Origin: an uncultured delta proteobacterium
Lineage (GTDB): Bacteria > Myxococcota_A > Polyangia > Polyangiales > Polyangiaceae
Assembly (NCBI GenBank): GCA_963841435.1
Contig: CAWJCS010000002.1
Location: forward strand, 224,001-288,000
Reading direction: 5' to 3'
Length of the DNA stretch: 64,000 bases
Positions 9,666 through 21,162 of the stretch are shown here, piece after piece. The translations under genes were made by a program, and so were the position numbers. The notes under the pieces were generated by a model. The model made no database searches. It was not told the origin of the DNA and saw nothing but the letters and a program-made list of their open reading frames with translations. Within the stretch, counting starts at the first letter, position 1. Each line of letters opens with the position of its first letter.

Positions 9666-10910
9666 GTGAGATCGGCAAAACATTCCAGTGGGCTCGTTCT
9701 GATCGGCCTCTTGAGCATCGGCGTTTGGGCTTGCGGCTCGAGCAACGTCAACGACGCCGGGGGTAGCGGAGGTGGTGCCGGTACGCCGACGACCGGGGGC
9801 GCCACGGCGCTCGGCGGTTCCGCGGGAACGGGAGCACTCGCTGGGACGGGTGGCGCCTCTGCGAGTGGAGGCGCCGACACTTCCGGAGGTAGCGCCGGCA
9901 CCTCCGGAGGTAGTGCTGGCGCCTCCGCGGGTAGCGCTGGCACCTCCGGCGCGGCGGGCATGGGTGGAGCCGCCCCGGGCGGAAGCGGCGGTGAGGGCGG
10001 TTCCGGGGTGGGAGGCGCGGGCGCGGCCGCTGGCGGCGGGGCCGGCGACGCTGCGGGGACGAGCGGCGCGAGCGGTGCTGGGGCGAGTGGAGGAGGAGCC
10101 GGCGCGAGCGGCGACGGCTGTGTCATCGGCGCGTGGCCGACTGCCGATCCCTTGACCACCGGGCCCTTCAAGACCGTGACCGAAAACGAAGTGGGACCCG
10201 AGGCGGGCGCCGCGGAGGACGGTGTGGTGCCGAAATTCACGCTGTTCCGACCCGAGACCCTGGGCGAAGGGGGACGCTGTCACCCGCTGATCACGTGGGG
10301 CAACGGCACGGGTTCGACCCCGAATCTGTATCGCAGCATCCTCGGTCTGTTTGCTTCCCACGGGTTCGTCGTGATCGCCTCCAACAACAAGAACGTGGCG
10401 CAGGGCGATCCGAAGCCGATGAACGTGGGTGTGACGTGGGTGCTCGAGCAAAACGAGGATCCGTCGAGCGAACTCTACCACCACATCGATACGACTCACA
10501 TCGGGGCGACGGGCCACTCGCAGGGCGCCGTCGCGACGAGCCAAGCCTCGGGTGACAGTCACATCACGACCAACGTGCCGATCGAAGGCGCGCAGCCGCA
10601 GAGAAACTTGCACGGACCTGCCATGTTCTTCTGCGGCGGCATGGACGACGTCGTCGGCTGCAGCGGCGCACAGAGCGCCCTCGACGCCGTCACCACGCTC
10701 CCAGCGATGTACGCGGAGTACCTGAGCGTCGATCACGGCAGTTGGCTCGGGCGCGGCAACACGCCGAGCGTGGTCGAAGGGACGGTCAACGCCTGGATGC
10801 GCGTGCACCTCATGGGCGACGAGTCCCTCAAGCCCTGGTTCTACGGGGACGCGTGCAAGCTTTGCTCCGACAGCGGCTGGAGCATCCAGCAGAAGAACAT
10901 GGGGCTCTAG
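9666..10910 (+). CDS. Cutinase/lipase-like alpha/beta hydrolase lipoprotein (Pseudomonas mendocina lipase type)
   Basis: Lipobox GVWA-C, Gly linker, 'HPLITWGNGTG...ASHGFVV', GHSQG, candidate catalytic Asp (GGMDDVV) and His (VDH). Confidence 0.8.
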   Translation: MRSAKHSSGLVLIGLLSIGVWACGSSNVNDAGGSGGGAGTPTTGGATALGGSAGTGALAGTGGASASGGADTSGGSAGTSGGSAGASAGSAGTSGAAGMGGAAPGGSGGEGGSGVGGAGAAAGGGAGDAAGTSGASGAGASGGGAGASGDGCVIGAWPTADPLTTGPFKTVTENEVGPEAGAAEDGVVPKFTLFRPETLGEGGRCHPLITWGNGTGSTPNLYRSILGLFASHGFVVIASNNKNVAQGDPKPMNVGVTWVLEQNEDPSSELYHHIDTTHIGATGHSQGAVATSQASGDSHITTNVPIEGAQPQRNLHGPAMFFCGGMDDVVGCSGAQSALDAVTTLPAMYAEYLSVDHGSWLGRGNTPSVVEGTVNAWMRVHLMGDESLKPWFYGDACKLCSDSGWSIQQKNMGL

Positions 10911-11120
10911 GTACTCGCAAAAGCGGGGGTGAGTTCCACGTTCCCGTCCGACGGTGGCTTTCGCCCTCGACTGCTGAGACCGTGAACTCCAGGCCAGATT
11001 CCGGAGGCCTGCGCCTTTGGTGCTGCCGGGGTGCGCGTCGTCATCGAGTCGGCGCACGAAGGCGCCAGGTGGACACCTGGTCCGCCGGTTGAGGACTCGG
11101 GTGACGTGCTCCGCGAGGGC

Positions 11121-11347
11121 ATGCCCCTCACCTTGGAGGTCAGACCGTTCGCGCGGGGCTGCTAGTTCTGCTGCTCCCGGCGGCCCTTGCGCACTACCCG
11201 CTCACGTGGCTGCTCGCGACGGAGGTCGGCGGCGCGGGGCGGGCCAAGCTCCTGCTTGCGACGACGGTCGTGGTGCCGTGCTCGGGGCTCGTCGTTGGGA
11301 CCTGGCTCGTCGTCCGGGCGAAGCGGCTGCTCGCTCCGGCGCGGTAA
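11121..11347 (+). CDS. Possible small two-TM membrane protein (frameshift near 11155)
   Basis: Hydrophobic frame 'GLLVLLLPAALAHYPLTWLL...LVVGTWLVVRAKRLLAPAR*'; the nearest ATG (11121) is out of frame. Confidence 0.3.
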
Positions 11348-11449
11348 AGTCGATGGTGACGAGGCGCGCGGGGGTGGGGGAGTGAGCGCGTGACGGGACG
11401 TGCAATCGTCGATGTCGGTGTGAGCGCTCGGAGGTGTATCCTTGCGTGC

Positions 11450-12286
11450 ATGCCACAGAGCATGACGTTGCACGCCGCGCTGCTTCTGGCCGTGGTGGGT
11501 GGCGTGGGGTGCGAGCCCGGGAGGCCCGCCAGCGAGCCGCACGCCACGGCTAGCGGAGGCACGGCAAAGCCCGGGACACCCACCCCGCGCGACGATCCGG
11601 CAAGCTGCGTCGATCCGCCGACTCCGGCGGTCGCGTGGCAAGCGCAGGCCGTGCAGAAGCTCGAAGCGTGGCTTGCCACGGCGACGAAGTGCACGGCGAA
11701 GCTCGAGCGTCGGACCGAGGTCGATCTGCTCATCACGACCAGTCCGGAGGGCATGCCCAGTGCTCGTGTCGTCGCGGCGACATCCGACGACTGTCGCGCG
11801 ACCGCCTGCATCAAGACGGGCATGCACGGCGTGGTGCTCGATGCGCCGCCGGCCGACGCGAGCCCGATTTTCAACCTGTCGGTGCTGCTCCTCCCTCACG
11901 AGGCACCGCGGCGCGTCGAGGGGCGGCCGCCGGAGGATGGCGGCGTGGTGCAGGGTTGTGCGGATCCGACGCCGGATCTCTCTGCTCATCACGACGGCCG
12001 ACTTCCGCCCGAGCAGGTCCAGGCCATCGTCCGCGAGGGGTATGGGTCCTTCCGCGCGTGCTTCGAGGCGGGGCTCGCGCGTGACCCGAACCTGAAAGGC
12101 AAGGTCTCGACGCGCTTCGTCATCGACCGTGAGGGCCGCGTCCGAGCGGCCGCCGTCGTCGCGAACACGCTGCCCGACTGCCAGGTCGTCGCCTGCGTGC
12201 GCGACGGGTTCTACAGGCTCCACTTCCCCTCACCGGAGAGCGGCATCGTGACCGTCGTCTACCCGATCATGCTCGAGCCTGGCTGA
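11450..12286 (+). CDS. Lipoprotein with AgmX/PglI (TonB-C-like) C-terminal domain
   Basis: Lipobox GGVG-C; 'FRACFEAGLARDPNLKGKVSTRFVIDREG...VVACV...FPSPESGIVTVVYP'. Confidence 0.85.
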   Translation: MPQSMTLHAALLLAVVGGVGCEPGRPASEPHATASGGTAKPGTPTPRDDPASCVDPPTPAVAWQAQAVQKLEAWLATATKCTAKLERRTEVDLLITTSPEGMPSARVVAATSDDCRATACIKTGMHGVVLDAPPADASPIFNLSVLLLPHEAPRRVEGRPPEDGGVVQGCADPTPDLSAHHDGRLPPEQVQAIVREGYGSFRACFEAGLARDPNLKGKVSTRFVIDREGRVRAAAVVANTLPDCQVVACVRDGFYRLHFPSPESGIVTVVYPIMLEPG

Positions 12287-12420
12287 TCACGAGACGGCTG
12301 CTCAGGCCGACCGCCCACCATCAATTCCGATCCACCCTCGACACTCCGCCCTCCCGCTTCTCCTGCATCATCTACGACGCTGCCACCGCCCACCTTTCGG
12401 TTAACTGCAGCCGCAAGCTC

Positions 12421-12810
12421 GTGGAGGAAACCGCCTGTCCGGACGGAGCGGCAAGAGTGTGCGAGCAATGCGACACGTGGGCGCTGACCCTGCACCCCGC
12501 CGAATCCGGATTCACCGCCCACCGTACCGTGGGGGTTCGCCGGGTGTCGCTGGCGTCGGCGGACGGTTGCGATTTCCCCTGTCCTGCCCCGGAGCCGCCG
12601 GAGGACGTGAAGCGCGCCAACGAAGCGCTGCGCGGGCGCGTGTTCTTCCATGTTGGCATGGCGTACCCACATCCGTTCCTGTTCAGGACCAAGGCGGCGT
12701 GCGAGGAGTACCGGAAGGTTCATCGTTTCGATCGCGACGAGCCCGATGCCTGGCACGCGGGTCGGCCGCGGTCGCCCGAGCTTTCCGCGGCGGGGACCGA
12801 GGAGGACTGA
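12421..12810 (+). CDS. Hypothetical protein (start uncertain)
   Basis: Open frame with coding-like composition that fills the gap; no motif recognised. Confidence 0.45.
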   Translation: MEETACPDGAARVCEQCDTWALTLHPAESGFTAHRTVGVRRVSLASADGCDFPCPAPEPPEDVKRANEALRGRVFFHVGMAYPHPFLFRTKAACEEYRKVHRFDRDEPDAWHAGRPRSPELSAAGTEED

Positions 12811-13022
12811 CGCTCCGGGCTGGGCGTGGCTTGTGACCCGACCCCAAACCGCCGGTTCCCAGCCGGCCCTCTGGTGGTCGGGCCAATTCCATCGGGCGTC
12901 GCCAGCTCAAAAAGAGCGACCAGGCTGGGTTCGCACTCCGTACTGAGGTCGTTCGCAGTGTTCGCCGCGAAGCCAGCGGGGCCATCGCGGCGGGACCCAA
13001 CGAAGCGAGGAAGGAGCGCCTC

Positions 13023-15843
13023 ATGCAACGACGAACCCGTGTCCTCACCGCCGTGCTGTTCGGATTCGCGTCGGCCGCCGGCTGTTCCAGCCAGCGCGGG
13101 GAACCGGGGGCGACGCGACAGGTTGCCTCCGAGCTCGATGCGGCGAACCTCGCGGCGCTACTCGGCTTCGAGGATCCATCGCTTTGGTCCAGCACTGCGA
13201 CGCTCGTCGAGCGCAACGTCTCACAGCAAGGGCAGCATTCCCTCGGGATCCAGGGAGGCGGTTTTCACTTCGTCGATTCCGTGCCGCTCTCGACGTTCAC
13301 TCTCGAAAACAACACGGTCAGCATCGCCGTGCAGCTACCCGTCGAGCAGTCGAACCCCTGGTGGTTCGGTGACGTTCAGATCTACGCGAACGCGCCGTCC
13401 GCGGGGGTCTACAGCCAGTACGTCGGCTACCAGTCTTTGACGGGGCGCCCGACGGGCCAGTTCTTCACGCTCGATTTCACGCTGCCCTCGAGCGTCATGA
13501 CTGCCCTCGCCGGGGGCTTCGATGATCTCGTGATTCGCCTGGCGCTCAATCGTCCGTTCGACGCGCCCGGTACGGTGCTCTTCGACAATCTCGTGTTCGG
13601 GGGAGTGAACGCCGGCACGACGCCCGGCGCGCCGGGCTTCGCCCTGATTGGCAACATCTACCAGCAGGGCATGCTGGTCACGTTCTCCCGGGTCCCGACC
13701 TCGGGCATCGGTCTCGGCGACGTACGGAGCATCGCTGCCTGCGAGCCTCGGGTGCTCTACGCGGTGGAAAACACCACGATTGACGGGAGCACCTCGAACT
13801 ACGTCAAGTTCAGCAAAGACAGCGGTCAGAGCTGGGATCTCGCGGAGGTTCATCTGCCCAAGAACACAGATGGGACGATACCGCCTTCCTTCAATGCGAC
13901 GGCTCCCGGACCGGAGCTGGCTTGCGATCACGGGATGCTGGCGAGCTTGGATGCCGTGGGCACGACGTTCATCGCTCCTACACTGGCCACCGGCGACCTC
14001 AGTGGCCCGTTCTCGTTCGTCACGGACACCACCAAGGTGGACAAGATCCAGGGCGGAGACGGCACGTTCTACGGCATGGTGCTCGACAGCTTGGGCAACC
14101 AGGTCTACGTCGCCACCAACTACGCGACGGGCCAAGACCCGCTCTGGGAAGGCCCCATCGCGACCGTCGGCGCCGAGTCGGTGACGGGGACGGGCGCGGC
14201 GAAAACGGGTCCCAAGAGCAACCCTCGGATGCTGGCCAACGGCCTGTCGTGGCCCCGGCGCGCCTACGCGCTCGAAGCCACGGGAACAGTGACCTTCAAC
14301 GACACGCTGCTCGACGGGGAGAATCTGTGGACGACGCTCGACACGGGTGGCGAACGCTTCGACACGCTGACGGCCGCGGCGCCCAACGTCCTTTATGGCC
14401 TCCAGACGAAAGGCGGCGTGACGGAGCTCGACCGGATCGAGATGAAGGAAGTCGCCTGCAGTGACAACTTGGACAACGACGCCAACGGCTTGACGGACGC
14501 CGAGGACCCCGCGTGCGTCGGGCTGCGCGCCGACCAGTACTGCGCGACGCATGCGGATGGAGACTACTGCGCTGCCCGCTATCAGCCGACGAGCTTCCTC
14601 GGCCAGATCAACAAGAGCACCTCGCTCGTCACGTGCTCGGGCGGCGCGGCTTCGGCGATCACGCCGGGGGCGTGCAATATCACCGGGGGCGATCACCTCG
14701 AGACCGAGGAATCGCTCAGGCAGGAGGAACCGGCCGGCTTTGGCCACTACTGCAACATTAAGCGCGCCAGCGACGATACCTGGGATCTTCGCTGGACCGG
14801 ATCGGACCCCTGTCAGTCCCTTTTGAACGAGAATCCTGGCGCCACAATCCTCCGAGCCGGCCTCTATTCGATCGCGGGCCGCAATCAGGTGCTCGCCAAC
14901 TGCAGCGATGGGTTCGTCATCGGGGAGGCGGACGGCGCTGCCATCATCGCGCAAGTCTACGGGGACGTGGGGCATACCGCGAACCGCTGTATCTTCACGA
15001 TTTCACCGACCGCGCTGCCGATCTTCGACCGCATGTTCGATCCGTCCGACGAGTTCGGAAACCCGAACCCCTTCACGCACAACAACGACGACGACCCGGT
15101 CAAGCTCCAGCCGTTCGGCTACAATGAGTTGTGCGACGACGACCTAACGAACATGATCTTCGGGCCGGACCTGGCGGAATGCTTCGTGGATCGGTTCGGC
15201 CTGTACACGGGCAAGAGCTTCCGCGAGCCCGCCTACGATCATCACCTCTACGAAGGCTCGCCGGTTTATGCCGTGGCGGGAGGCATCGTGATCCCGAACG
15301 GGTCACGGTCTCGCGACATCTCGACCCACGCGGTTCCTGCCACGCCGTACCAGAACGAGCTCTTCGTGCGCTACAGCGTCGGCTCGAATCCGGTCTATCG
15401 TGAGACGTTCGTCGTGTACTACGGCCACGTGAAGAGCCGCCTGGTCGTCTCTGGCCAAACCGTCAAGCCCGGGCAAATCCTCGGCTTCGTCGGAGCGACG
15501 GGAGCGACGAGCTCGGGTTGAACGGTTTGCCTATGCTCACATGCACAGCGGCGTTTTACGGCTCTCCAACACGAACGCCCACGCCAGCATGGATCCCGCC
15601 TTCGGGTACCACATGGACGGCTTCTTCGCGGCGAACGACTCCAACAGCGGCAACACCACGGGCGGCGACCTTTCGATCGACCCGATCGGCTGGGGGAACT
15701 TCACGGTGCAAGATCCCTGGGGCTACAAGTACCGGAACCATGCTTCCAAATGGACCACCGCGTACGAAGGGATCGGTGCTTGGAGCCTCAACCTGTTCCG
15801 AGCCGGCGAAGCGTTCAGCTACACGAACAGCCCTGTCCCGTAG
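13023..15843 (+). CDS. Large multidomain lipoprotein with C-terminal M23-family peptidase domain; frameshift at ~15520
   Basis: AAGGAG RBS; lipobox AAG-C; 'GSPVYAVAGG...YYGHVKS...VKPGQILGFVGATG'; after the shift 'FAYAHMHSGV' supplies HxH. Confidence 0.75.
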
Positions 15844-15874
15844 CGCGCTTGCCGCGGGTCCCCTCGAGCGCCCG

Positions 15875-18308
15875 TCACATCCGCGTCCAGCTCACCGTGT
15901 CCGTCGCCGTGGCGTTGCCCGTCGTGCCGCGCGCCTCGATGCTGTTCGCGCCGGTGCTCAGGGCGACGTTCGTCCAGACGAAGCGGTGGTCGGTTAACGT
16001 TTTCGAGCCCTGGCTCGCGCCGTTCACGGTGAGCTCGACGGAGTCGAAGTTCGAGTAGACCTTGATCGGAGTCGTTGCCGTGGTCCGCGGTGTGAAGCGG
16101 CGGGACGTGACGTAGACGACTGGGTCAGTGCTCCAGTTCGCCTTGAACCAGAAGAACGCGTCCTTCCTCGTCTTGCGATCGTAGGTGACGAGGCCCTTGT
16201 CGTTGCGGCCGGGGGTGTCGCCTTCCGAGCGCGAGTCCACGGCGAAGTCGAACATGTTCCAGATGATCTTGGACCAGAGGTAGGGCCTCGTCTTCATCTG
16301 GAGCCAGTGCGATTCGTGCACGAGGTTCTGCCACTCTTCGGGGTGGGGTGAGCCGTACGGATCAGGTTGCACCGGCGGCTCCTGATGCTGCGTGATCCCC
16401 GCGCCCGCGCCCCATTCGCTGATGGCGAGGTTCCAGGTCGGGCGGGCCGCGTGCAGTCCGTCCGCCCAGGCGCCGAACTGGTCGGAGGTACCGAAAGCGT
16501 CGTACCAGCCGTAATAGGTATTGTACCCGACGACATTGCTGTGCGCCGGCAGGCCCCCGGTGTCGCTCGTGCAGCACTGCGCGTAGGTCGAAAGGCGGTT
16601 AGGGTCCTCGCTCTTCACGAGGGTCGCGAGCCCGGCGAGTAGGTTGTTCGTGGCGGTGTCGTCGGTGCGCTGCTCGTTGCCGATGCCCCAGAAGAGAATC
16701 GAGGGGTGATTGTACCCCTGCCGAATCATCTCCGTGAGCTGCTGTCGCGCGTTGTCGGTGAAGGCCTGCGCGCTGGAGATGCGATTGACGAGCGGGATCT
16801 CCTCCCAGAGAACCATGCCCGAGCGATCGGCGAGATCGAGGAAGTGCGGCGCCTGCTGATAGTGCGCGAGCCGGACGATCGTCGCGCCGAGCTCGAGGAT
16901 CAACGCCATGTCCTCGTCTTGCTCGGCGTCACCGATGGCCCAGCCGAGGTTCAATCGATCTTGATGGCGATTGACGCCGCGCAGATCGAGGTACGACCCG
17001 TTCAAGAAGAAGCCCTTGGCGGGATCGACCGAGTAGAAGCGGAATCCGAGCGGGACACTCACCCAGTTCGACCACCGTGTCGCCCGAGCGCACGATCGCG
17101 TACGCCGTGTAGACGTTGGGAGCGGTGCGCCCGTTCCAGAGTCGGGGGCTCGTGATGCTCGCCGTGGCCTTCACCTCGTTCGTCGCCGCCGGCATGACCG
17201 TGGCTGCGCCGGACAGCGTGTCCACGACGGCGCCGTCCGGGTCGACGACGACCGTGTCCACCGTGACGGCCTCGGCACCGGCTCGCTCGTTCGTGACGCG
17301 CACGCGCGAGGCGAGCGCCGCCGACGCCGCGCTGACGCTCGTGGGGTCGAGGTAGACGCCGTCCGAAGCATAGTCGAGCGTGTCGATGTGGAGGGTGTCG
17401 GTCACGAGCACGTGCACGTCGCGATAGATCCCGCCGAAGAACGTGAAGTCGGCCTCGAGCGGCGCCACGTCGCTCGCCGCGGCGTTGCTCACCCGCACCG
17501 CGATCACGTTGTCGCCGCTCGTCATCTCGTCCGTCACGTCGAAGCGAAAGCGCGCGAAACCGCCGCGGTGCTGCCCCACGTTCTTGCCGTTGACGAACAC
17601 GTCCGTCACGATGTTCGCGCCGTCGAATTCGAGGTAGACCTTCTTACCGGCGGCGGAGGCGGGCAGCATGAAGTGCCGGCGATACCAGCCGGTGCCGCGG
17701 TAGTAGTTGTTCCCGCCGTCCTGGCCGTCTTGTGCGTTCCAGGTGTGCGGTAGCGTCACCGCCGTCCAGCTCGAGTCGTCATAGCTCGTGCCCTCGGCGC
17801 CGCTCGGGTTGCTCTTGATGAAGCGCCAGCCGTCGTCGATGAGCGTGCTCGTGCGCGTCGCGGGCGGTGGCTCGTAGCCGCCCGGTCCCGTGCCGGCCGC
17901 ACCACTCGTGCCTGCCGACGAGCCCGCCATCCCTGCGCCCGCAGCATCCCCCGCGTTGCCGCCAGCACCGCCATCGACGTTGGACGTGCCGGAGCTGCCA
18001 GAGCTGGAGCCTGCCGCAGCACCTCCTCCACCGTCGCCTCCTGGGCCGCCCGCGCCCGCGCCGCCCGTCGGCATCGAGCCGCCCGCTCCCGCCGTCCCGG
18101 CACCGAGCACCCCCGCCGCTCCGCCGGTTCCCACTCCGCCGCTACCCGCCGGCGCCCCGCCCACGCCACCGGCATTGTCAGTGCCCCCGACGCCAGGCGC
18201 TTCCCCGCTTGCCGGCTCCGCCCCCGAGCACGAAAGGGGCAAGAGCAGGGCGACTGCGAGCGCGAGGGGTGCGCTCCGGGGAACACGGCGTCCAGCGAGC
18301 ATGATCAT
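15875..18308 (-). CDS. GH2 beta-galactosidase-like lipoprotein; +1 frameshift at ~17067
   Basis: LPHTWN, YYRGTGWY, FTFFGGIYRDV, GVNRHQD, RLAHYQ, WGIGNE, SEWGAG, NDKGLVT. Removing one base gives continuous 'VVDWVSVPLGFR'. Confidence 0.9.
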
Positions 18309-18671
18309 AGGACGCCCGGGAGCGCGCGTGTCGAGCATGATTTTTCCTTCGTTCGCCGAACTCGGCTCCTTTCCAGCGCGCGGGCGCCGGAGCGGGTGGC
18401 TTCGGGGAGCCGTTTCGACGCGGCGCCGTCGTCTTCGCTCACGAACCCCCGACGAGCTCGGTCGAGCCCAAGTCGCGCACGCTCGCAACGGCCCACGTCA
18501 ACGGCTTGTCGCACCGTTCACTGCCCTGAGTTTGACGGACAGCGGCTGGGTGCTGTTCGAGGGTCCGGCTCAGCCTACCGAGAGCCGAAGGCGCGCACTC
18601 GTTCGCGCGCCGCGATTTCGCGCTTGGCCCGGACGCGAGCGCACGGTTAGGCTCGCGCTGCGGAGGTGAGC

Positions 18672-19376
18672 ATGACGAAGAAGCTGATTGCGGAGCTCTT
18701 GGGGACGTTCTGGTTGGTACTCGGTGGCTGTGGGAGCGCGGTTTTGGCCGCCGCGTTCGGCGGGACCGACTCGAACCTCGGCATCGGGTTCGTGGGCGTC
18801 GCGCTCGCGTTCGGGCTCACGGTGCTCACCATGGCCTTCGCGATCGGGCACGTATCCGGCTGCCACCTGAACCCCGCCGTGACGCTCGGCCTCGTAGCGG
18901 GCAAGCGCCACCCAGCCGGCGAAGCGGTCCCGTACATCGTGGCGCAGGTCGTGGGGGCAATAGCGGCAGCGGGTGTCCTCTACGTCATCGCGACGGGCAA
19001 GGCGGACGCCAGCGTCGGCGGGTTCGCGTCGAACGGATTCGGGGAGCTCAGCCCCGGCGGCTACGGCATGGGGGCCGCGCTGGTGACCGAGGTGGTGATG
19101 ACGTTCTTCTTCCTGCTGATCATCATGGGGGCGACGGATGCTCGAGCGCCCGCTGGCTTCGCGCCGATCGCCATTGGCCTCGGGCTCACGCTCATCCACC
19201 TCATCAGCATCCCGGTCACGAACACCTCGGTGAACCCGGCTCGCAGCACGGGCGTCGCGTTCTTTGCCGAAACCGCGGCGCTCTCACAGCTCTGGCTCTT
19301 CTGGGTGGCGCCGATCCTCGGCGGGGTCCTCGGCGGCTTCGTGTATCGAAGCGTGTTCGCGGAAAGCTCGCGCTGA
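18672..19376 (+). CDS. aqpZ: Aquaporin Z
   Basis: [25 protein letters not shown] and NTSVNPARS (two NPA motifs). Confidence 0.95.
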   Translation: MTKKLIAELLGTFWLVLGGCGSAVLAAAFGGTDSNLGIGFVGVALAFGLTVLTMAFAIGHVSGCHLNPAVTLGLVAGKRHPAGEAVPYIVAQVVGAIAAAGVLYVIATGKADASVGGFASNGFGELSPGGYGMGAALVTEVVMTFFFLLIIMGATDARAPAGFAPIAIGLGLTLIHLISIPVTNTSVNPARSTGVAFFAETAALSQLWLFWVAPILGGVLGGFVYRSVFAESSR

Positions 19377-19421
19377 GAACTTCGTGTATCGAAGCGTGTT
19401 CGCGGAAAGCTCGCGCTGAGA
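19337..19421 (+). repeat. Perfect 42-bp tandem direct repeat of the aqpZ 3' end
   Basis: CTTCGTGTATCGAAGCGTGTTCGCGGAAAGCTCGCGCTGAGA at 19337-19378 and 19380-19421. Confidence 0.95.
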
Positions 19422-19422
19422 G

Positions 19423-21162
19423 TCAGCCGGCTTCCACCGCACCAAGCGTGCAGGCGGCCGGACGCGTCGCGCCCCTTTGATCGGTCGGCGCGCAGGCCTT
19501 TCCTGCGCCCACGGCGGGGCTGTCGTCCGCCGGGCGCAGTGTCTGGGTCGGGCCGCCGTTGTCTAAAAGTGGGCCGAGCTTCGGGTCGGCGAACGTGATG
19601 CCGGAGGCGCAAGCGGTGCCATCCATCGGAAATTGCAGGTTCACGCCCGCGCCCTGGAACGTGGTGTCGCAGCTTGCGTTGGGATCACCCTTCCCGGGCA
19701 GGTTGTTCGCGATGATGCTGTTCGCGAGCGTGAGACGACTGCCGTTACCGTAGAGGCCGTCGCCCTCGTTGCCAGCCACGGTGATGTTCGAGAGCGTACC
19801 CGTCGCGTCGCTCGAGAACCCGACGCCGCCACCGCCCAGGGACGTATTGTTCACGATGGTCACGTTCGTGAAATCCACGACCACGCGATCGCCGCAGGCG
19901 ATTCCCCCGGAACCCGTCACGGCGCGGTTGTTGGAAACGGTGCTGTCCGAAAGGATGAAGGTGACGCCCTGGACCGAGATCGCACCGCCGGCCCCCGTTT
20001 CGCGGCCGGCGGTGTTGTGGTCGAAGGTCGAGTGCGAGATGTTGACGAGCGAGGGCTTGTCGCTGCTCGAATCGAAGCTGATGCGAAACAGGGCGCCGCC
20101 ACCTTCTTCGGCGACGTTGTCGGTAAAGACGTCGCCGCACAGCGTGAGTGAGTGGTCCGTGGCTTCGTGGCTGAGCGCGCCGCCGACGCCGCCCTCGAGG
20201 CCGAAGCCGACGATGCCGGTCGCGCGGTTGCCCGAAAACGTCGAGTTGACGATGGTGACGTCCTTGCTTTCCGTGCCGACCGCGCCGCCGTTCGAGCCGC
20301 TGTTGCCCGTGAAGGTGCTTCCCACGATGACGATCGTCCCTTCGCCATAGCCGCCGATCGCACCGCCGGTGACGTAGCCACCATTCGAGGCACACTGGTT
20401 CTCTGAGAAAGTGCAGTCGACCACGCTGAGTGACCCGCCGTCCAAGAGGATGGCCCCGCCGCTTTGCTCCCGGCTCATCGTGGTAAATTCGTCGGTGGTG
20501 AAGCCCTCCTCGAACGCGAGGTGCTGCACCGTGAGCCGTGGCGTCGGGTCGTAGTAGTCGCTCCCGACATGGAGGATGCGCGACGTACCGCCACCGCTCA
20601 GCGTCACGCTGCCGTCGCCGTCGATGGTGGTGTCGTTCGGGACCGCGATCTCGGACGCCACCGTGATCGTCACCGGCGCCTCGCCGCAGTCGAACGTGAC
20701 GCTGCCCCCTCTTGCCACCGCCGCGCGCAGCGCCGCTTCCGTGCAGCTCGCGGCGCTCCCGTCGCCGACCACCGTGGTGGGGCTCGACGTGTCGACCGCC
20801 GACGCCGGCAAGTCACAACCCGTGCCGGGGGGGAGTGTATCGGGCGCGCCGGCCTCGCCGCTGCCGGCAGTCCCCGCGCTGGAGCCCGCATCCCCTCCAG
20901 CTCCGGGGCTCTCTCCGGATCCGCCGCTACTCACCGATCCGCCACTTGCCGACGACCCGCCTCGACCCGCTGACCCGCCGCTCTCGTTCGTCCCGCCGCT
21001 CCCCAATGAACCGCTGCTCCCCGACGATCCGCCGCGTCCGGAGGAGCCGGACGTGCCCGACCCGGAGCCGCCGCCGCGAGCAGTCGCACCGTCGGCGCCG
21101 TCGTTCGTGCGACCGCACGCGAGCGCCAGCACGCCGCCCAGCACCACCACACCAAGCCGCAT
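19423..21162 (-). CDS. Lipoprotein with Pmp-like right-handed beta-helix repeats and choice-of-anchor-Q-like tail
   Basis: Lipobox LALA-C; repeated GGA(I/V/L) and FxxN; C-terminal DPKLGPLLDNGGPTQT...SPAV...DQRG. Confidence 0.85.
   Translation of the reverse strand: MRLGVVVLGGVLALACGRTNDGADGATARGGGSGSGTSGSSGRGGSSGSSGSLGSGGTNESGGSAGRGGSSASGGSVSSGGSGESPGAGGDAGSSAGTAGSGEAGAPDTLPPGTGCDLPASAVDTSSPTTVVGDGSAASCTEAALRAAVARGGSVTFDCGEAPVTITVASEIAVPNDTTIDGDGSVTLSGGGTSRILHVGSDYYDPTPRLTVQHLAFEEGFTTDEFTTMSREQSGGAILLDGGSLSVVDCTFSENQCASNGGYVTGGAIGGYGEGTIVIVGSTFTGNSGSNGGAVGTESKDVTIVNSTFSGNRATGIVGFGLEGGVGGALSHEATDHSLTLCGDVFTDNVAEEGGGALFRISFDSSSDKPSLVNISHSTFDHNTAGRETGAGGAISVQGVTFILSDSTVSNNRAVTGSGGIACGDRVVVDFTNVTIVNNTSLGGGGVGFSSDATGTLSNITVAGNEGDGLYGNGSRLTLANSIIANNLPGKGDPNASCDTTFQGAGVNLQFPMDGTACASGITFADPKLGPLLDNGGPTQTLRPADDSPAVGAGKACAPTDQRGATRPAACTLGAVEAG

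Noticed and set aside
15519..15521. TGA in the M23 gene as possible selenocysteine or readthrough
   Set aside because: The HxH continuation is in a different frame, so this is a frameshift.
19337..19421. 42-bp repeat as a CRISPR array
   Set aside because: Only two copies with a 1-nt gap, derived from coding sequence, and no cas genes.
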